DNA from: Pseudomonas aeruginosa PAO1
Lineage (GTDB): Bacteria > Pseudomonadota > Gammaproteobacteria > Pseudomonadales > Pseudomonadaceae
DNA: 64,000 nucleotides
Assembly (NCBI RefSeq): GCF_000006765.1
Contig: NC_002516.2
Reading direction: 5' to 3' (one strand)
The notes beneath the pieces are model-generated. The model saw only the letters and a program-made list of their open reading frames with translations, searched no databases and was not told the DNA's origin. A program made the position numbers and the translations under genes. The stretch's first letter is position 1, and every line of letters begins with the position of its first letter. Below are positions 9,661 through 18,882 of the stretch, one piece after another.

Positions 9661-11364
9661 TCAGGCCGACTGCGGCAGCGGTGCGTCGGCGCCGCGCTCG
9701 TCACGGTCGAGTCCCAGGCGATGGACCATGCCGCAGGCGATCTCGCGCTCGCCCATGATCACCAGGTTGGCGCCGTTCTGCTCCAGGTAGTCCACCTCGG
9801 CGTCGAAATGCGCCCGGGCGACGATGTCCAGCGGCGGGTTCACCGCGCGGGCGTGGCTGGCGATCTGCCCGGCCTCGAAGCCGTTGGGAATGGCGATCAG
9901 CAACCAGCGCGCCTCGGCGATGTTGGCCAGTTCCAGCACGCCGGGACTGGCGGCATTGCCGAGGACCACGCTGTAGCCCTGTTCGCGCAGTTCGTCGGCC
10001 TTGTCGCGCTTGTCCACCACTACCACGAAGGGCGTCCCGGCGGTGCGCAGGCGAGCGCTGACCAACCCGCCAACCCGGCCATGACCGATCAGCACCGCAT
10101 GCTCGCGCTCCAGGATCGGCGGCGGCAGGTCCTGCGCCGGCATCTCGCGGACCCCGCCAGCGGCCTCCGCCAGGCGCTGCTCCTTGCGTTGCTGCAGGCG
10201 ATCGATGGCGATGAACAGCAGCGGATTGACCAGGATCGACAGGATCGCCCCGGCCAGCACCAGGTCGCGGCTCTGCTCCGGCACCAGTTCGAGGCCAATG
10301 CCCAGGCCGATGAGAATGAAGGAAAACTCGCCGATCTGCGCCAGGCTGGCGGCGATCACCAGTGCGGTGCTGTTCGGATGGCCGAAAGCACGGACGATCA
10401 GGTAGGCGGCCACCGACTTGCCGAAGACGATGACCAGGAAGGTGGCCAGGACCGTCAGCGGCTCCTGCAACAGGATCATCGGATTGAACAGCATCCCCAC
10501 CGAGACGAAGAACAGCACCGCGAAAGCGTCGCGCAGCGGCAACGAGTTCTCCGCCGCCTCGTGGCTGAGTTCGGACTCGTTGAGGATCATCCCGGCGAAG
10601 AAGGCGCCTAGCGCGAAGGACACCCCGAACAGCACCGCCGAGCCATAGGCGATGCCCAGGGCAATGGCCAGCACGGCCAGGGTGAAGAGCTCCCGCGAAC
10701 CGCTGGCGGCGATCCTCTCCAGCACCCAGGGCACCACCCGGCGACCGCCGAAGATCATCAGGGCGACGAAGGCGGCGACCTTGCCCAGGGTAATCAGCAG
10801 CGGCCAGAGCAGACCGGCGTCGCCGCCGTCGGTCTTGCCGCCGAGGGTGCCGGCGAGCGCCGGCAGGAGCACCAGGGTCAGGACCATCGCCAGGTCCTCG
10901 ACGATCAGCCAGCCGATGGCGATCCTGCCACGCTTGGTGTCCAGCAACTGGCGCTGCTCCAGGGCGCGCAACAGCACCACGGTACTGGCCACCGACAGGC
11001 TCAGGCCGAATACCAGGCCGCCGCCGAAGCTCCAGCCGAGCAGCTTGGCCAGGCCGATGCCAAGCAGCGTGGCGACGCCGATCTGCACCAGCGCCCCGGG
11101 AATGGCAATAGCCTTCACCGAGAGCAGGTCCTTGAGCGAGAAGTGCAGGCCGACGCCGAACATCAGCAGGATCACGCCGAGTTCGGCGATTTCCTGCGAC
11201 AGCGCCTGGTCGGCGACATAACCGGGAGTGAACGGCCCGGCCAGGACGCCCGCGAGCAAGTAGCCGACCAGCGGCGAAATGCGCAGGCGATTGGCCAGGG
11301 CCCCGAAGAGGAAGGCGAGGACGAACCCCGCGGCGAGTGTAGTGAGTAACGGCGTATGGTGCAT
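9661..11364 (-). CDS. YbaL/RosB-family CPA2 cation:proton antiporter with C-terminal RCK (TrkA-N) domain (PA5518 ortholog)
   Basis: MHHTPLLTTL start, GVILLMFGVGLHFS, about 13 TM segments, LIGHGRVG RCK motif. Confidence 0.9.
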   Translation of the reverse strand: MHHTPLLTTLAAGFVLAFLFGALANRLRISPLVGYLLAGVLAGPFTPGYVADQALSQEIAELGVILLMFGVGLHFSLKDLLSVKAIAIPGALVQIGVATLLGIGLAKLLGWSFGGGLVFGLSLSVASTVVLLRALEQRQLLDTKRGRIAIGWLIVEDLAMVLTLVLLPALAGTLGGKTDGGDAGLLWPLLITLGKVAAFVALMIFGGRRVVPWVLERIAASGSRELFTLAVLAIALGIAYGSAVLFGVSFALGAFFAGMILNESELSHEAAENSLPLRDAFAVLFFVSVGMLFNPMILLQEPLTVLATFLVIVFGKSVAAYLIVRAFGHPNSTALVIAASLAQIGEFSFILIGLGIGLELVPEQSRDLVLAGAILSILVNPLLFIAIDRLQQRKEQRLAEAAGGVREMPAQDLPPPILEREHAVLIGHGRVGGLVSARLRTAGTPFVVVVDKRDKADELREQGYSVVLGNAASPGVLELANIAEARWLLIAIPNGFEAGQIASHARAVNPPLDIVARAHFDAEVDYLEQNGANLVIMGEREIACGMVHRLGLDRDERGADAPLPQSA

Positions 11365-11742
11365 CAGGACTCCCGGCAACACGGGGAACGCGTCCTCCGC
11401 GGCCTGGCCGGCGGACGACGACGTTCGAAATGGATCACGGACCCGCGCCCGTGACGGCAAGGCGGAAAGGCTTTCCGCCAACGGAGCCGGGCAGAGCGAC
11501 CGGCCCATGGCATTCGAGCGACCCGACGGCGGCTATGGTTCCTGGCGAAACCCGGCGCGATACCGACAGGTTAACCCGTTGACGTTGCTGGAGTTTTAAC
11601 AGGCACGCCGGTTTCTTATCAAGAAATGTCAGGAATGGACGCCAGCAGAGGCAAACCTCTGCGTTTTCTTATGAAAAGCTGCGAAAATTCGCGAAACGGC
11701 AGCAGGTCCGAAGCGGGCTCGACCGGACACCGGCAGCCTTCC

Positions 11743-12225
11743 TCATCCGTCTTCGCGAATCGCCTGGTAGCGGGCCTCCAGCTCCGCGCGCAGCTGGCGG
11801 CGTTGTTGGGCCTGGGCGAAGCGGCGCTTCTGCTCGGCGGTTTCCAGCTCCAGCGGGCGGACGGCCACCGGCTTGCGCTCGTCATCCAGGGCCACCATGG
11901 TGAAGAAACAGCTGTTGGTATGACGCACGGACTGCTCGCGGATGTTCTCGGTGATGACCTTGACGCCGATTTCCATGGAAGTCCGCCCGGTGTAGTTGAC
12001 CGAAGCGAGGAAGGTCACCAGTTCGCCGACATGCACCGGCTCGCGGAAGATCACCTGATCCACCGACAGGGTCACCACGTAGCGACCGGCATAGCGACTG
12101 GCGCATGCATAGGCGACTTCGTCCAGATACTTCAGGAGGGTGCCGCCATGGACATTGCCGGAGAAATTGGCCATGTCCGGAGTCATCAGCACGGTCATCG
12201 ACAGTTGGTTGTTTCCGGGTTGCAT
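11743..12225 (-). CDS. YciA-type acyl-CoA thioesterase (PA5519 ortholog)
   Basis: Hot-dog fold motifs ANFSGNVHGG and DEVAYACA. Confidence 0.9.
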   Translation of the reverse strand: MQPGNNQLSMTVLMTPDMANFSGNVHGGTLLKYLDEVAYACASRYAGRYVVTLSVDQVIFREPVHVGELVTFLASVNYTGRTSMEIGVKVITENIREQSVRHTNSCFFTMVALDDERKPVAVRPLELETAEQKRRFAQAQQRRQLRAELEARYQAIREDG

Positions 12226-12385
12226 AGCGCTTTTTCTCTCATCAGGACGGGCGGGGGACACCATAGACGCAAACGAAGACGGCAGCGGCCACAAATTTTC
12301 AATCGTCATGATCGAAATCGCGCCGGGTCGTGCAGACATCCGCGGGCTTTTCTAGACTGGCCCTTTTCCACCGGGAATCGCTCCA

Positions 12386-13129
12386 ATGCCTGCCGCCATA
12401 CGCATCCTTCTCCTGGCCCTGGCCGTGCTTGCCGGCATCGGTGCCGCTGCCATCCAGGCCGAGGATACGCCCTGCGCCACCGCCGCGGAATGCAACACGC
12501 GCGGCACCCAGGCTTATCGACAGGGGAGTTATCCACAGGCGCTGGACGCCTTCGCCTGGCAATTGCGCCTGGCCGAGCGCCAGGAACAGGGCGGAGCCGA
12601 CTCGGAACAGGCGCTGAACAATCTCGCGCTGACCAGCCTCAAGGCCGGGCAACCGGGACGCGCCCGCGCCTGGATGAACCTGGCGCTGGATCGCGGCTAC
12701 AGCGGCAAGGCCACGCGCTACAACCTGGAACAGGTTGCCCTGAAAGTCGACTATCCGTCCCTCCAGGGCCTCGCCGGGCACTACCTGCGCTACGCCGGGC
12801 AGGCCGAATGGGAAAGCCTGCAGATCGAACCGGTGAAGGGCGGCTACCAGGCGAGCTTCGCCCTGATGCGCATCGGCAATCCGGAGAAACTGATGGAATA
12901 TGGGCCCGCGGCGGTCGGCGAGTTGTCCGGTCGGCTGGAGGGGCAAGGCGCGCTCTACCGGCTGCGCAGCGAAGGCCTGGGCGCCGGCTGCAGCCTGCTG
13001 GTATGGCAGGAAGGCATCGACCTGCGAGTGGTGGAGAGCCTTGGCGGGGACTGCCAGGGTTACGGCGGCATGGGCATCGCCGCCGCCGGTAACTGGGTGA
13101 AGATATCCAGTCAGGCCAGGGACGACTGA
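12386..13129 (+). CDS. Exported hypothetical protein with TPR-like N-terminal helices (PA5520 ortholog)
   Basis: Signal peptide, CxxxxxC pair, GTQAYRQGSYPQALDAF and ALNNLALTSL TPR-like pattern. Confidence 0.7.
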   Translation: MPAAIRILLLALAVLAGIGAAAIQAEDTPCATAAECNTRGTQAYRQGSYPQALDAFAWQLRLAERQEQGGADSEQALNNLALTSLKAGQPGRARAWMNLALDRGYSGKATRYNLEQVALKVDYPSLQGLAGHYLRYAGQAEWESLQIEPVKGGYQASFALMRIGNPEKLMEYGPAAVGELSGRLEGQGALYRLRSEGLGAGCSLLVWQEGIDLRVVESLGGDCQGYGGMGIAAAGNWVKISSQARDD

Positions 13130-13176
13130 AACTTTTCCACAGGCCGCTCCAGCGGAGCGACCCGTGGAAAATCCAC

Positions 13177-13935
13177 TCAGCGGCCAGCGGACAGGCCGAA
13201 GTCCACCGCCAGGTCGGCGCCCGTGATCGCTTCGGCCTGAGGGCCGCAGAGATACCAGACCAGCTCGGCGACTTCTTCCGGGCGGATGAAGCGTGCCGCC
13301 TTGCCCTGTGGATAATCCTTCAGCAGCGCGCGCTTGTAGCCATCCGGATTGCCCATCCCATAGCGTTCGGCCTGGTAGTCGAGCATCGGCGTGGCGATAT
13401 CCGCCGGCGACACGGCGTTGACCCGCACGCCCTGCTCGGCCAGTTCCAGCGCCAGGGTCTTGCTCAGCATGGTAAGCGCCGCCTTGCTCGCGCAATACGC
13501 CGCCGAACCCCGGTAGGCCTGGCGTCCGGAGTCGCTGGAGATGTTGACGATGCTGCCCTGGTTTTCCTTCAGGTAGGGAATCGCGGCCTGGCACATGTAG
13601 AAGGAGGCCTTGAGGTTGACTCCCAGGACCAGGTCGAAATCCTCCTCGGTGAAGTTTTCCACAGGCCCCTCGCGCCAGACGCCCGCGGCATTCACCAGGG
13701 CGTCGAGACGTCCGGTACGGGCGAGAATCTTCGACATCAGGGTATGGCAGTTATCCGCGCTGCGCAGGTCGGCGACCCCGCTGGCGTCCAACGGCACCTG
13801 CGCGTTCAGCGCGTGCAGGCCCTCCTTATCCACATCCGTGGCGGCGATGCGCCAATGACTCTGGGCGAAACGCTTGGCGATTGCCCGGCCCAAGCCGCCG
13901 GCTGCACCAGTGATAAGAACGACGGGCGTGCTCAT
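13177..13935 (-). CDS. Short-chain dehydrogenase/reductase (PA5521 ortholog)
   Basis: TGAAGGLG, LVNAAG, YCASK and RVNAVSP motifs. Confidence 0.9.
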   Translation of the reverse strand: MSTPVVLITGAAGGLGRAIAKRFAQSHWRIAATDVDKEGLHALNAQVPLDASGVADLRSADNCHTLMSKILARTGRLDALVNAAGVWREGPVENFTEEDFDLVLGVNLKASFYMCQAAIPYLKENQGSIVNISSDSGRQAYRGSAAYCASKAALTMLSKTLALELAEQGVRVNAVSPADIATPMLDYQAERYGMGNPDGYKRALLKDYPQGKAARFIRPEEVAELVWYLCGPQAEAITGADLAVDFGLSAGR

Positions 13936-14029
13936 CTGCTTTTCCTTACTCCTGTGCCGCGTGGAAAACACCGACGGCCAATCGGCCGCCCGCTTCAATG
14001 ACTGACCGGCAACGCCGGCAGCCGTTCAT

Positions 14030-15397
14030 TCAGGCCTGGTTGAGATACCAGCGCCAGTCCTGCTCGCCGACCTCGCCCATGAAGGCACGGTATTCGGCCT
14101 GCTTGATCGCCAGGTAGATCTTCAGGAAATCCTCGCCGAGCGCCTCGCGCGCCCAGGCCGAGCCCTCCAGCGCGCGCAGCGCGGTCAGCCAGTCGCTCGG
14201 CAACGCCTGGGTGGCTTGAGCGTAGCCGTTGCCAGTGATCGGCGCACCGGGGTCGAGTCGCTCGCGAATACCCAGGCGCACCGCCGCGAGCAACGCCGCC
14301 GCCGCCAGGTAGGGATTGGCGTCGGCGCCGCAGATGCGGTGCTCGATGTGCCGGCTGGACGCCGGGCCGCCGGGAACCCGCAGCGACACGGTGCGGTTGT
14401 TGATTCCCCAGGTCGGCGCCAGCGGCGCGTAGCTGTTCGCCTGGAAGCGGCGGAACGAGTTGGCGTTCGGACAGAACAGCGCCAAAGACTCCAGCAGGCA
14501 CGCCTTCATTCCACCGATGGCCTGGCGCAGCAGCGGGGTCCCGGCCGGGTCCTCGCTGGCGAACAGATTGTTGCCAGCGGCGTCGGCCAGGCTGACGTGC
14601 AGGTGCAGGCCGCTGCCGGAAAGATCGGCGAACGGCTTGGCCATGAAGCAGGCCTGCAACCCATGGCGATTCGCCACGCCCTTGACCAGGCGCTTGTAGC
14701 GCACGCCTTCGTCGATCGCCTGGAGCGTGTCGAAGCGATGCTGCAGGGTAATTTCCACCTGCCCCGGCGCGTACTCCGAAATCGCCGTGCGCGCCGGCAG
14801 GCCCTGGGCCTCGCAGGCGGCATACAAGTCATCGAGGAATGGCTGCAACTGCTCCAGCTCGTAGACGCCATAGACCTGGGTCGCCCGCGGCCGCTGGCCA
14901 TTCATCTGTAACGCCGGCAACGGCCGGCCGTCGCTGTCGCGTTCGCGGTCGAGCAGGTAGAACTCCAGCTCCACCGCCATCACCGGGTGGAAACCCTCCG
15001 CCTGCAGGCTGTGGATAACCCGCTGCAACACATGCCGGGGATCGCCCGCCGCGGCCGGTAGCCCGAGCTCGGGATGCATGCTTACCTGCACCTGGCCGGT
15101 CGGTGACTGCCGCCAGGGTTGCAGGGTCAGGCTGCCGGGCAGCGGGAAGGTCCAGCAATCGGCATCGCCGACGTCCCAGACCAGGCCGGTCTCCTCGACG
15201 TCATCGCCATTGATGGTCAGGCCGAGGATGGTGCTCGGCAGCGGCCGCCCGCTTTCGTAGACCGCCAGCAGCTCGTCGCGATGCAGCAGCTTGCCGCGCG
15301 GCACGCCGTTGGCGTCGATCAGGAACAGCTCGATGCTGCGCACCTCGGGGTGTGCGGCGAGGAACTCGCGGGCTTCCCGCGGATCGGCGAAATGCAT
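14030..15397 (-). CDS. pauA6: Glutamine-synthetase-like gamma-glutamyl-amine ligase (PA5522 ortholog)
   Basis: ELEFYL, EYAPGQVEI, GSGLHLHVS and IEHRICGADANPYL motifs. Start MHFADPRE. Symbol from recalled synteny. Confidence 0.85.
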   Translation of the reverse strand: MHFADPREAREFLAAHPEVRSIELFLIDANGVPRGKLLHRDELLAVYESGRPLPSTILGLTINGDDVEETGLVWDVGDADCWTFPLPGSLTLQPWRQSPTGQVQVSMHPELGLPAAAGDPRHVLQRVIHSLQAEGFHPVMAVELEFYLLDRERDSDGRPLPALQMNGQRPRATQVYGVYELEQLQPFLDDLYAACEAQGLPARTAISEYAPGQVEITLQHRFDTLQAIDEGVRYKRLVKGVANRHGLQACFMAKPFADLSGSGLHLHVSLADAAGNNLFASEDPAGTPLLRQAIGGMKACLLESLALFCPNANSFRRFQANSYAPLAPTWGINNRTVSLRVPGGPASSRHIEHRICGADANPYLAAAALLAAVRLGIRERLDPGAPITGNGYAQATQALPSDWLTALRALEGSAWAREALGEDFLKIYLAIKQAEYRAFMGEVGEQDWRWYLNQA

Positions 15398-15398
15398 C

Positions 15399-16793
15399 TC
15401 AGGCCTCCCGCGCGCCGGGTATGGCGAGCAGCTCGCCGAGCGCCTCGTCGAGGCTGGAGAGCAGGCGGTCGACATCTTCTTCGCGAGTGTCCGGGCAACA
15501 CAGGGTCATGTTGTGGAACGGCGTGATGAGGATGCCGCGGTTGATCAGATACAGGTGCAAGGCCATCTGCAGGCTGTCGTGGAACGCCGCCTCGGCGGCC
15601 GCGCCGTCGCGTGGGGGTTGCGGGCAGAACTGGAACTCGCTGCGCGCGCCGAGCTCGGTCACCGACCAGGCCAGGCCGTGCTTGTGGATAATCCTGCGGA
15701 AGCCCTCGGCCAGACGCGCCGCCAGGGGCAGCATGTGGGCGTAGGCGGTATCGGTCATCACCTCTTCCAGGTTGGCGCGCATACAGCGCATCGCCAGGGC
15801 GTTGGCCGACAGCGTGGTACCCATGCCGCTGTGGCCGTGGCCTTCGCTCTGCTCGCTGGCACGTGCCCTGGCCAGTTGCATGGCGCTGGCCATCGCCGCG
15901 CTGCAACCATACACCGAGCACGGTACGCCGCCGGCGATCGGCTTGCCGAGGGTGATGAAGTCCGGCTCGAGCTTCCAGGCGCGGGTACAGCCGCCAGGAC
16001 CTGTGGAGATGGTGTGGGTCTCGTCGATGATCAGCAGCGTGCCGTGACGACGGGTCAGCTCGCGTAGCTTCTGGTGGAAGCCGGGTTGCGGCAGGACCAT
16101 GCCGATGTTGGTCATCGCCGGCTCGCAGAGCACGGCGGCCACGTCTTCGCCGGCCAGCGCCCGCTCCAGGGCCTGGAGGTCGTTGAACGGCACCGCGCGG
16201 CTGAACTGGGTGAGGTCGTGGGCCTGGCCGAGCAGGCCGGAGCGATGCACGGTGCGGCCGTCGCGGCAGCGAACCAGGGTGTCGTCGACCGTGCCGTGGT
16301 AGCAACCGTCGAATACCAGCACCACCTTGCGACCGGTGATCGCACGCGCCCAGCGCAGGACGAAGCGGTTGGCGTCGGTAGCGGTGGTCGCTACCTGCCA
16401 GAACGGCAGGCCGAAGCGCTGCGCCAGCAACTCGCCTGCGACGATGGCATCCTCCCCCGGAAGCATGGTGGTCAGGCCGTTCGCGCCCTGCTCGGCGAGC
16501 GCCCGGGCGATCGGCGCCGGAGAATGGCCGAACATGCTGCCGGTATCGCCCAGGCAGAAGTCCACGTAGGCGTGGCCGTCCACATCATGGAAACGCGCGC
16601 CGTGGGCACGCGCCACGAACAGCGGACAGGGTGTTGACCAATCGCTCATCCAGTGCATCGGTACGCCGTCGAACAAGGCGCGCCGGGCTCGCTCGGCGAG
16701 CGCGACGGACTGTGGATTCTGCGCAAGGAAACGTTGCTGCTCGCGGGCCATGAAGGTTTCCACGGCGGCTTCGGCGATGCCACTGGCGGTCAT
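15399..16793 (-). CDS. Class III PLP-dependent aminotransferase, GSA-aminomutase-like (PA5523 ortholog)
   Basis: DFCLGDTGSMFGH, LIIDETHT and DFITLGKPIAGG (PLP lysine). Confidence 0.88.
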   Translation of the reverse strand: MTASGIAEAAVETFMAREQQRFLAQNPQSVALAERARRALFDGVPMHWMSDWSTPCPLFVARAHGARFHDVDGHAYVDFCLGDTGSMFGHSPAPIARALAEQGANGLTTMLPGEDAIVAGELLAQRFGLPFWQVATTATDANRFVLRWARAITGRKVVLVFDGCYHGTVDDTLVRCRDGRTVHRSGLLGQAHDLTQFSRAVPFNDLQALERALAGEDVAAVLCEPAMTNIGMVLPQPGFHQKLRELTRRHGTLLIIDETHTISTGPGGCTRAWKLEPDFITLGKPIAGGVPCSVYGCSAAMASAMQLARARASEQSEGHGHSGMGTTLSANALAMRCMRANLEEVMTDTAYAHMLPLAARLAEGFRRIIHKHGLAWSVTELGARSEFQFCPQPPRDGAAAEAAFHDSLQMALHLYLINRGILITPFHNMTLCCPDTREEDVDRLLSSLDEALGELLAIPGAREA

Positions 16794-16829
16794 TTCGAAC
16801 ACCTCGTTTTTTATTTCGCACAACTTTCA

Positions 16830-16843
16830 TTTGTGATCACAAA
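16830..16843. promoter_or_regulatory. Palindromic operator TTTGTGATCACAAA, copy 1
   Basis: Perfect 14-bp palindrome in the AT-rich divergent promoter. Confidence 0.7.
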
Positions 16844-16892
16844 AAAGTCAATACAGTATTTGAAAGCACTGATAATCTGTTTTCCATGTCAA

Positions 16893-16908
16893 TTTTGTGA
16901 TCACAAAA
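16893..16908. promoter_or_regulatory. Palindromic operator TTTTGTGATCACAAAA, copy 2, abutting the SDR start codon
   Basis: Perfect 16-bp palindrome with the same core as copy 1, centres 64 bp apart. Confidence 0.7.
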
Positions 16909-17691
16909 ATGAATGACTTTTCGAAGTGGACAGGTCAGGTCGCGCTCATCAGCGGCGCCGGCAGCGAACTCGGCATCGGTTTCGCCATTGCCCGGCGGCT
17001 GGCCCGCGAAGGCGTGCGCCTGCTGATCACCGCCAGCAGCGAGCGGATTAGGCAACGAGCGGAGGAACTGAGCGCATGTGGTCACGACGTGCGCGCCGCG
17101 AGCGCCGACCTGACCGACGAAGCCCAGGTGCAGGGCCTGCTGGACTGGGCCGAAGCCCAGTGGGGACGGGTCGACATCCTGGTGAACAATGCCGGCATGG
17201 CCCAGTTGGACAGCGCGGAGCCCTTCAGCGCAGTGGAAGCGACCTCGCTGCGGGATTGGCAACTGTCCCTGTCGCGCAACCTGACCAGCGCTTTCCTGCT
17301 CACCCGCGGCCTGCTGCCGGGCATGCGCGAGCGCGGCTACGGGCGGATCGTCAACGTCGCCTCCACCACCGGAACCCGCGGCAGCAACCCGGGCGAAGCC
17401 GCGTATAGCGCGGCCAAGGCCGGTCTGGTCGGCTGGAGCATGGGCCTCGCGCTGGAGGTGGCGAAGAGCGGCATCACGGTGAACAGCGTCGCGCCGGGCT
17501 GGATCGCCACCGCCTCGAGCACCGCCGAAGAACGCCAGGCCGCCCTGGCCAGCCCCAGCGGACGTGCCGGCCGGCCCGAAGAGGTGGCCGCCGCGGTGGC
17601 CTTCCTCGCCTCGCCCGAAGCCAGCTTCGTCAACGGCGAACTGCTGGTGGTGGATGGCGGCAACTGCCTGATCGAAAACAAACGGAGCTGA
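16909..17691 (+). CDS. Short-chain dehydrogenase/reductase (PA5524 ortholog)
   Basis: SGAGSELGIG, LVNNAG, YSAAK and TVNSVAPG motifs. Confidence 0.9.
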   Translation: MNDFSKWTGQVALISGAGSELGIGFAIARRLAREGVRLLITASSERIRQRAEELSACGHDVRAASADLTDEAQVQGLLDWAEAQWGRVDILVNNAGMAQLDSAEPFSAVEATSLRDWQLSLSRNLTSAFLLTRGLLPGMRERGYGRIVNVASTTGTRGSNPGEAAYSAAKAGLVGWSMGLALEVAKSGITVNSVAPGWIATASSTAEERQAALASPSGRAGRPEEVAAAVAFLASPEASFVNGELLVVDGGNCLIENKRS

Positions 17692-17755
17692 ACATGTGCA
17701 ACTGCAGCCTGACGCTTTCCCAGCTTCCGGCGCCACCGGCGACCCGGAGCTGACC

Positions 17756-18436
17756 ATGGCCGAGAATCTCCAGGAACGACTCTACCAACGACTGCGGGAA
17801 GACTTGCTGGCCGGACGTTTCCAGCCCGGCGAGCGACTGAAGATCCGCGACCTGGCGAACCAGTGGGACACCAGCCCGATGCCGGTTCGCGCCGCCCTGC
17901 AACGGCTGGTGGCGGAAGGGGCGCTGGAGGGCGAGGCACAACGCTCGCTCAGGGTGCCGCTGATGACCCGCGAGCGTTTCCTGCAGATCCTCCAGGTGCG
18001 CCTGTCCCTCGAAGGGCTGGCGGCCGAAAGCGCCAGCGGCCGGCTGGACGAGCAGGCACTGGAAGGACTCGAAGGTTGTCTGCGGCGAATGGAGGACGCC
18101 TTGCGCCGACGCGAGGTACAGGCCTACCTGGACGCCAATAGCGAATTCCACCTGACGCTCTACCGCGCCTGCGGCAACCCGGTGCTGCTGCGTCTCATCG
18201 AGACGCTCTGGCTACAGGTCGGGCCGTTCTTCAACCGGCTGTTCACCGAGGCCGACCTCTCCCTACGTCTGAACGATTTCCACGAGGACGCCCTGGACGC
18301 GCTACGCCGCGGCGACGGCCCGGCCGCGCGCGCGGCGATCGAACAGGACCTGGCCTACTTCGGTCAGTACCTGCTGAACCTCCTGGAGCTGGAGGCCCGG
18401 CCACGAAAGCGACACCGTTCCGGCGAGCACGCCTGA
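17756..18436 (+). CDS. GntR-family (FCD subfamily) transcriptional regulator (PA5525 ortholog)
   Basis: FQPGERL and SPMPVRAALQRL wHTH, followed by an FCD domain (NSEFH). Confidence 0.9.
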   Translation: MAENLQERLYQRLREDLLAGRFQPGERLKIRDLANQWDTSPMPVRAALQRLVAEGALEGEAQRSLRVPLMTRERFLQILQVRLSLEGLAAESASGRLDEQALEGLEGCLRRMEDALRRREVQAYLDANSEFHLTLYRACGNPVLLRLIETLWLQVGPFFNRLFTEADLSLRLNDFHEDALDALRRGDGPAARAAIEQDLAYFGQYLLNLLELEARPRKRHRSGEHA

Positions 18437-18452
18437 CGGGAGATAAGCGCCG

Positions 18453-18665
18453 CTACTGCGGGCGAATGGTGCGCACATTGTCCTTCTTGATCAGGATGGT
18501 GTCGCCATTCAGCTGTTCGAACTCGTAGTAGTCATTGTATTTGTCGTAATCCGACTGATCCTTGACCAGGACCTCGCTGCCATCTTGCAAAGTGACCACC
18601 GCCTGGTTGGCGCAACCCGCCAGGCTGGTCAGCAGCAATGCAGCGAACAGAGCTTTGAACTTCAT
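18453..18665 (-). CDS. Small YgdI/YgdR-type lipoprotein (PA5526 ortholog)
   Basis: LAGC lipobox followed by a short beta-rich domain. Confidence 0.8.
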   Translation of the reverse strand: MKFKALFAALLLTSLAGCANQAVVTLQDGSEVLVKDQSDYDKYNDYYEFEQLNGDTILIKKDNVRTIRPQ

Positions 18666-18882
18666 AGAATCTCCACACGGGGCAGCGCACTTGCCTACAT
18701 CCGGAGCGACAAGTGCGGAATTGCCCTTGTGACCGTCGCAATCGAGGGAAATTCCTTAGCGCAGCGGCGCTTTGTCGGAGACGAAGCGCCGACGGCGACG
18801 CGCAGGGCCTCCAGGCAGCCTCGCGCGACGTCGGGAAGTCAGCGGCAAAGGCGCGTTGCAGAGCCTTTGCGGCGGTTCAGGC

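Larger units (their letters stand above)
12529..15691. promoter_or_regulatory. DnaA-box cluster A (7 consensus boxes)
   Basis: Exact TTATCCACA at 12529, 13307 (minus), 13826, 15010 (minus) and 15683 (minus). TTTTCCACA at 13133 and 13655. Confidence 0.75.

Noticed and set aside
18666-18882. Imperfect hairpins between the lipoprotein and SMI1 genes
   Set aside because: GC-rich stems without a promoter or T tail, and no recognisable RNA family, so an sRNA call is not supportable.
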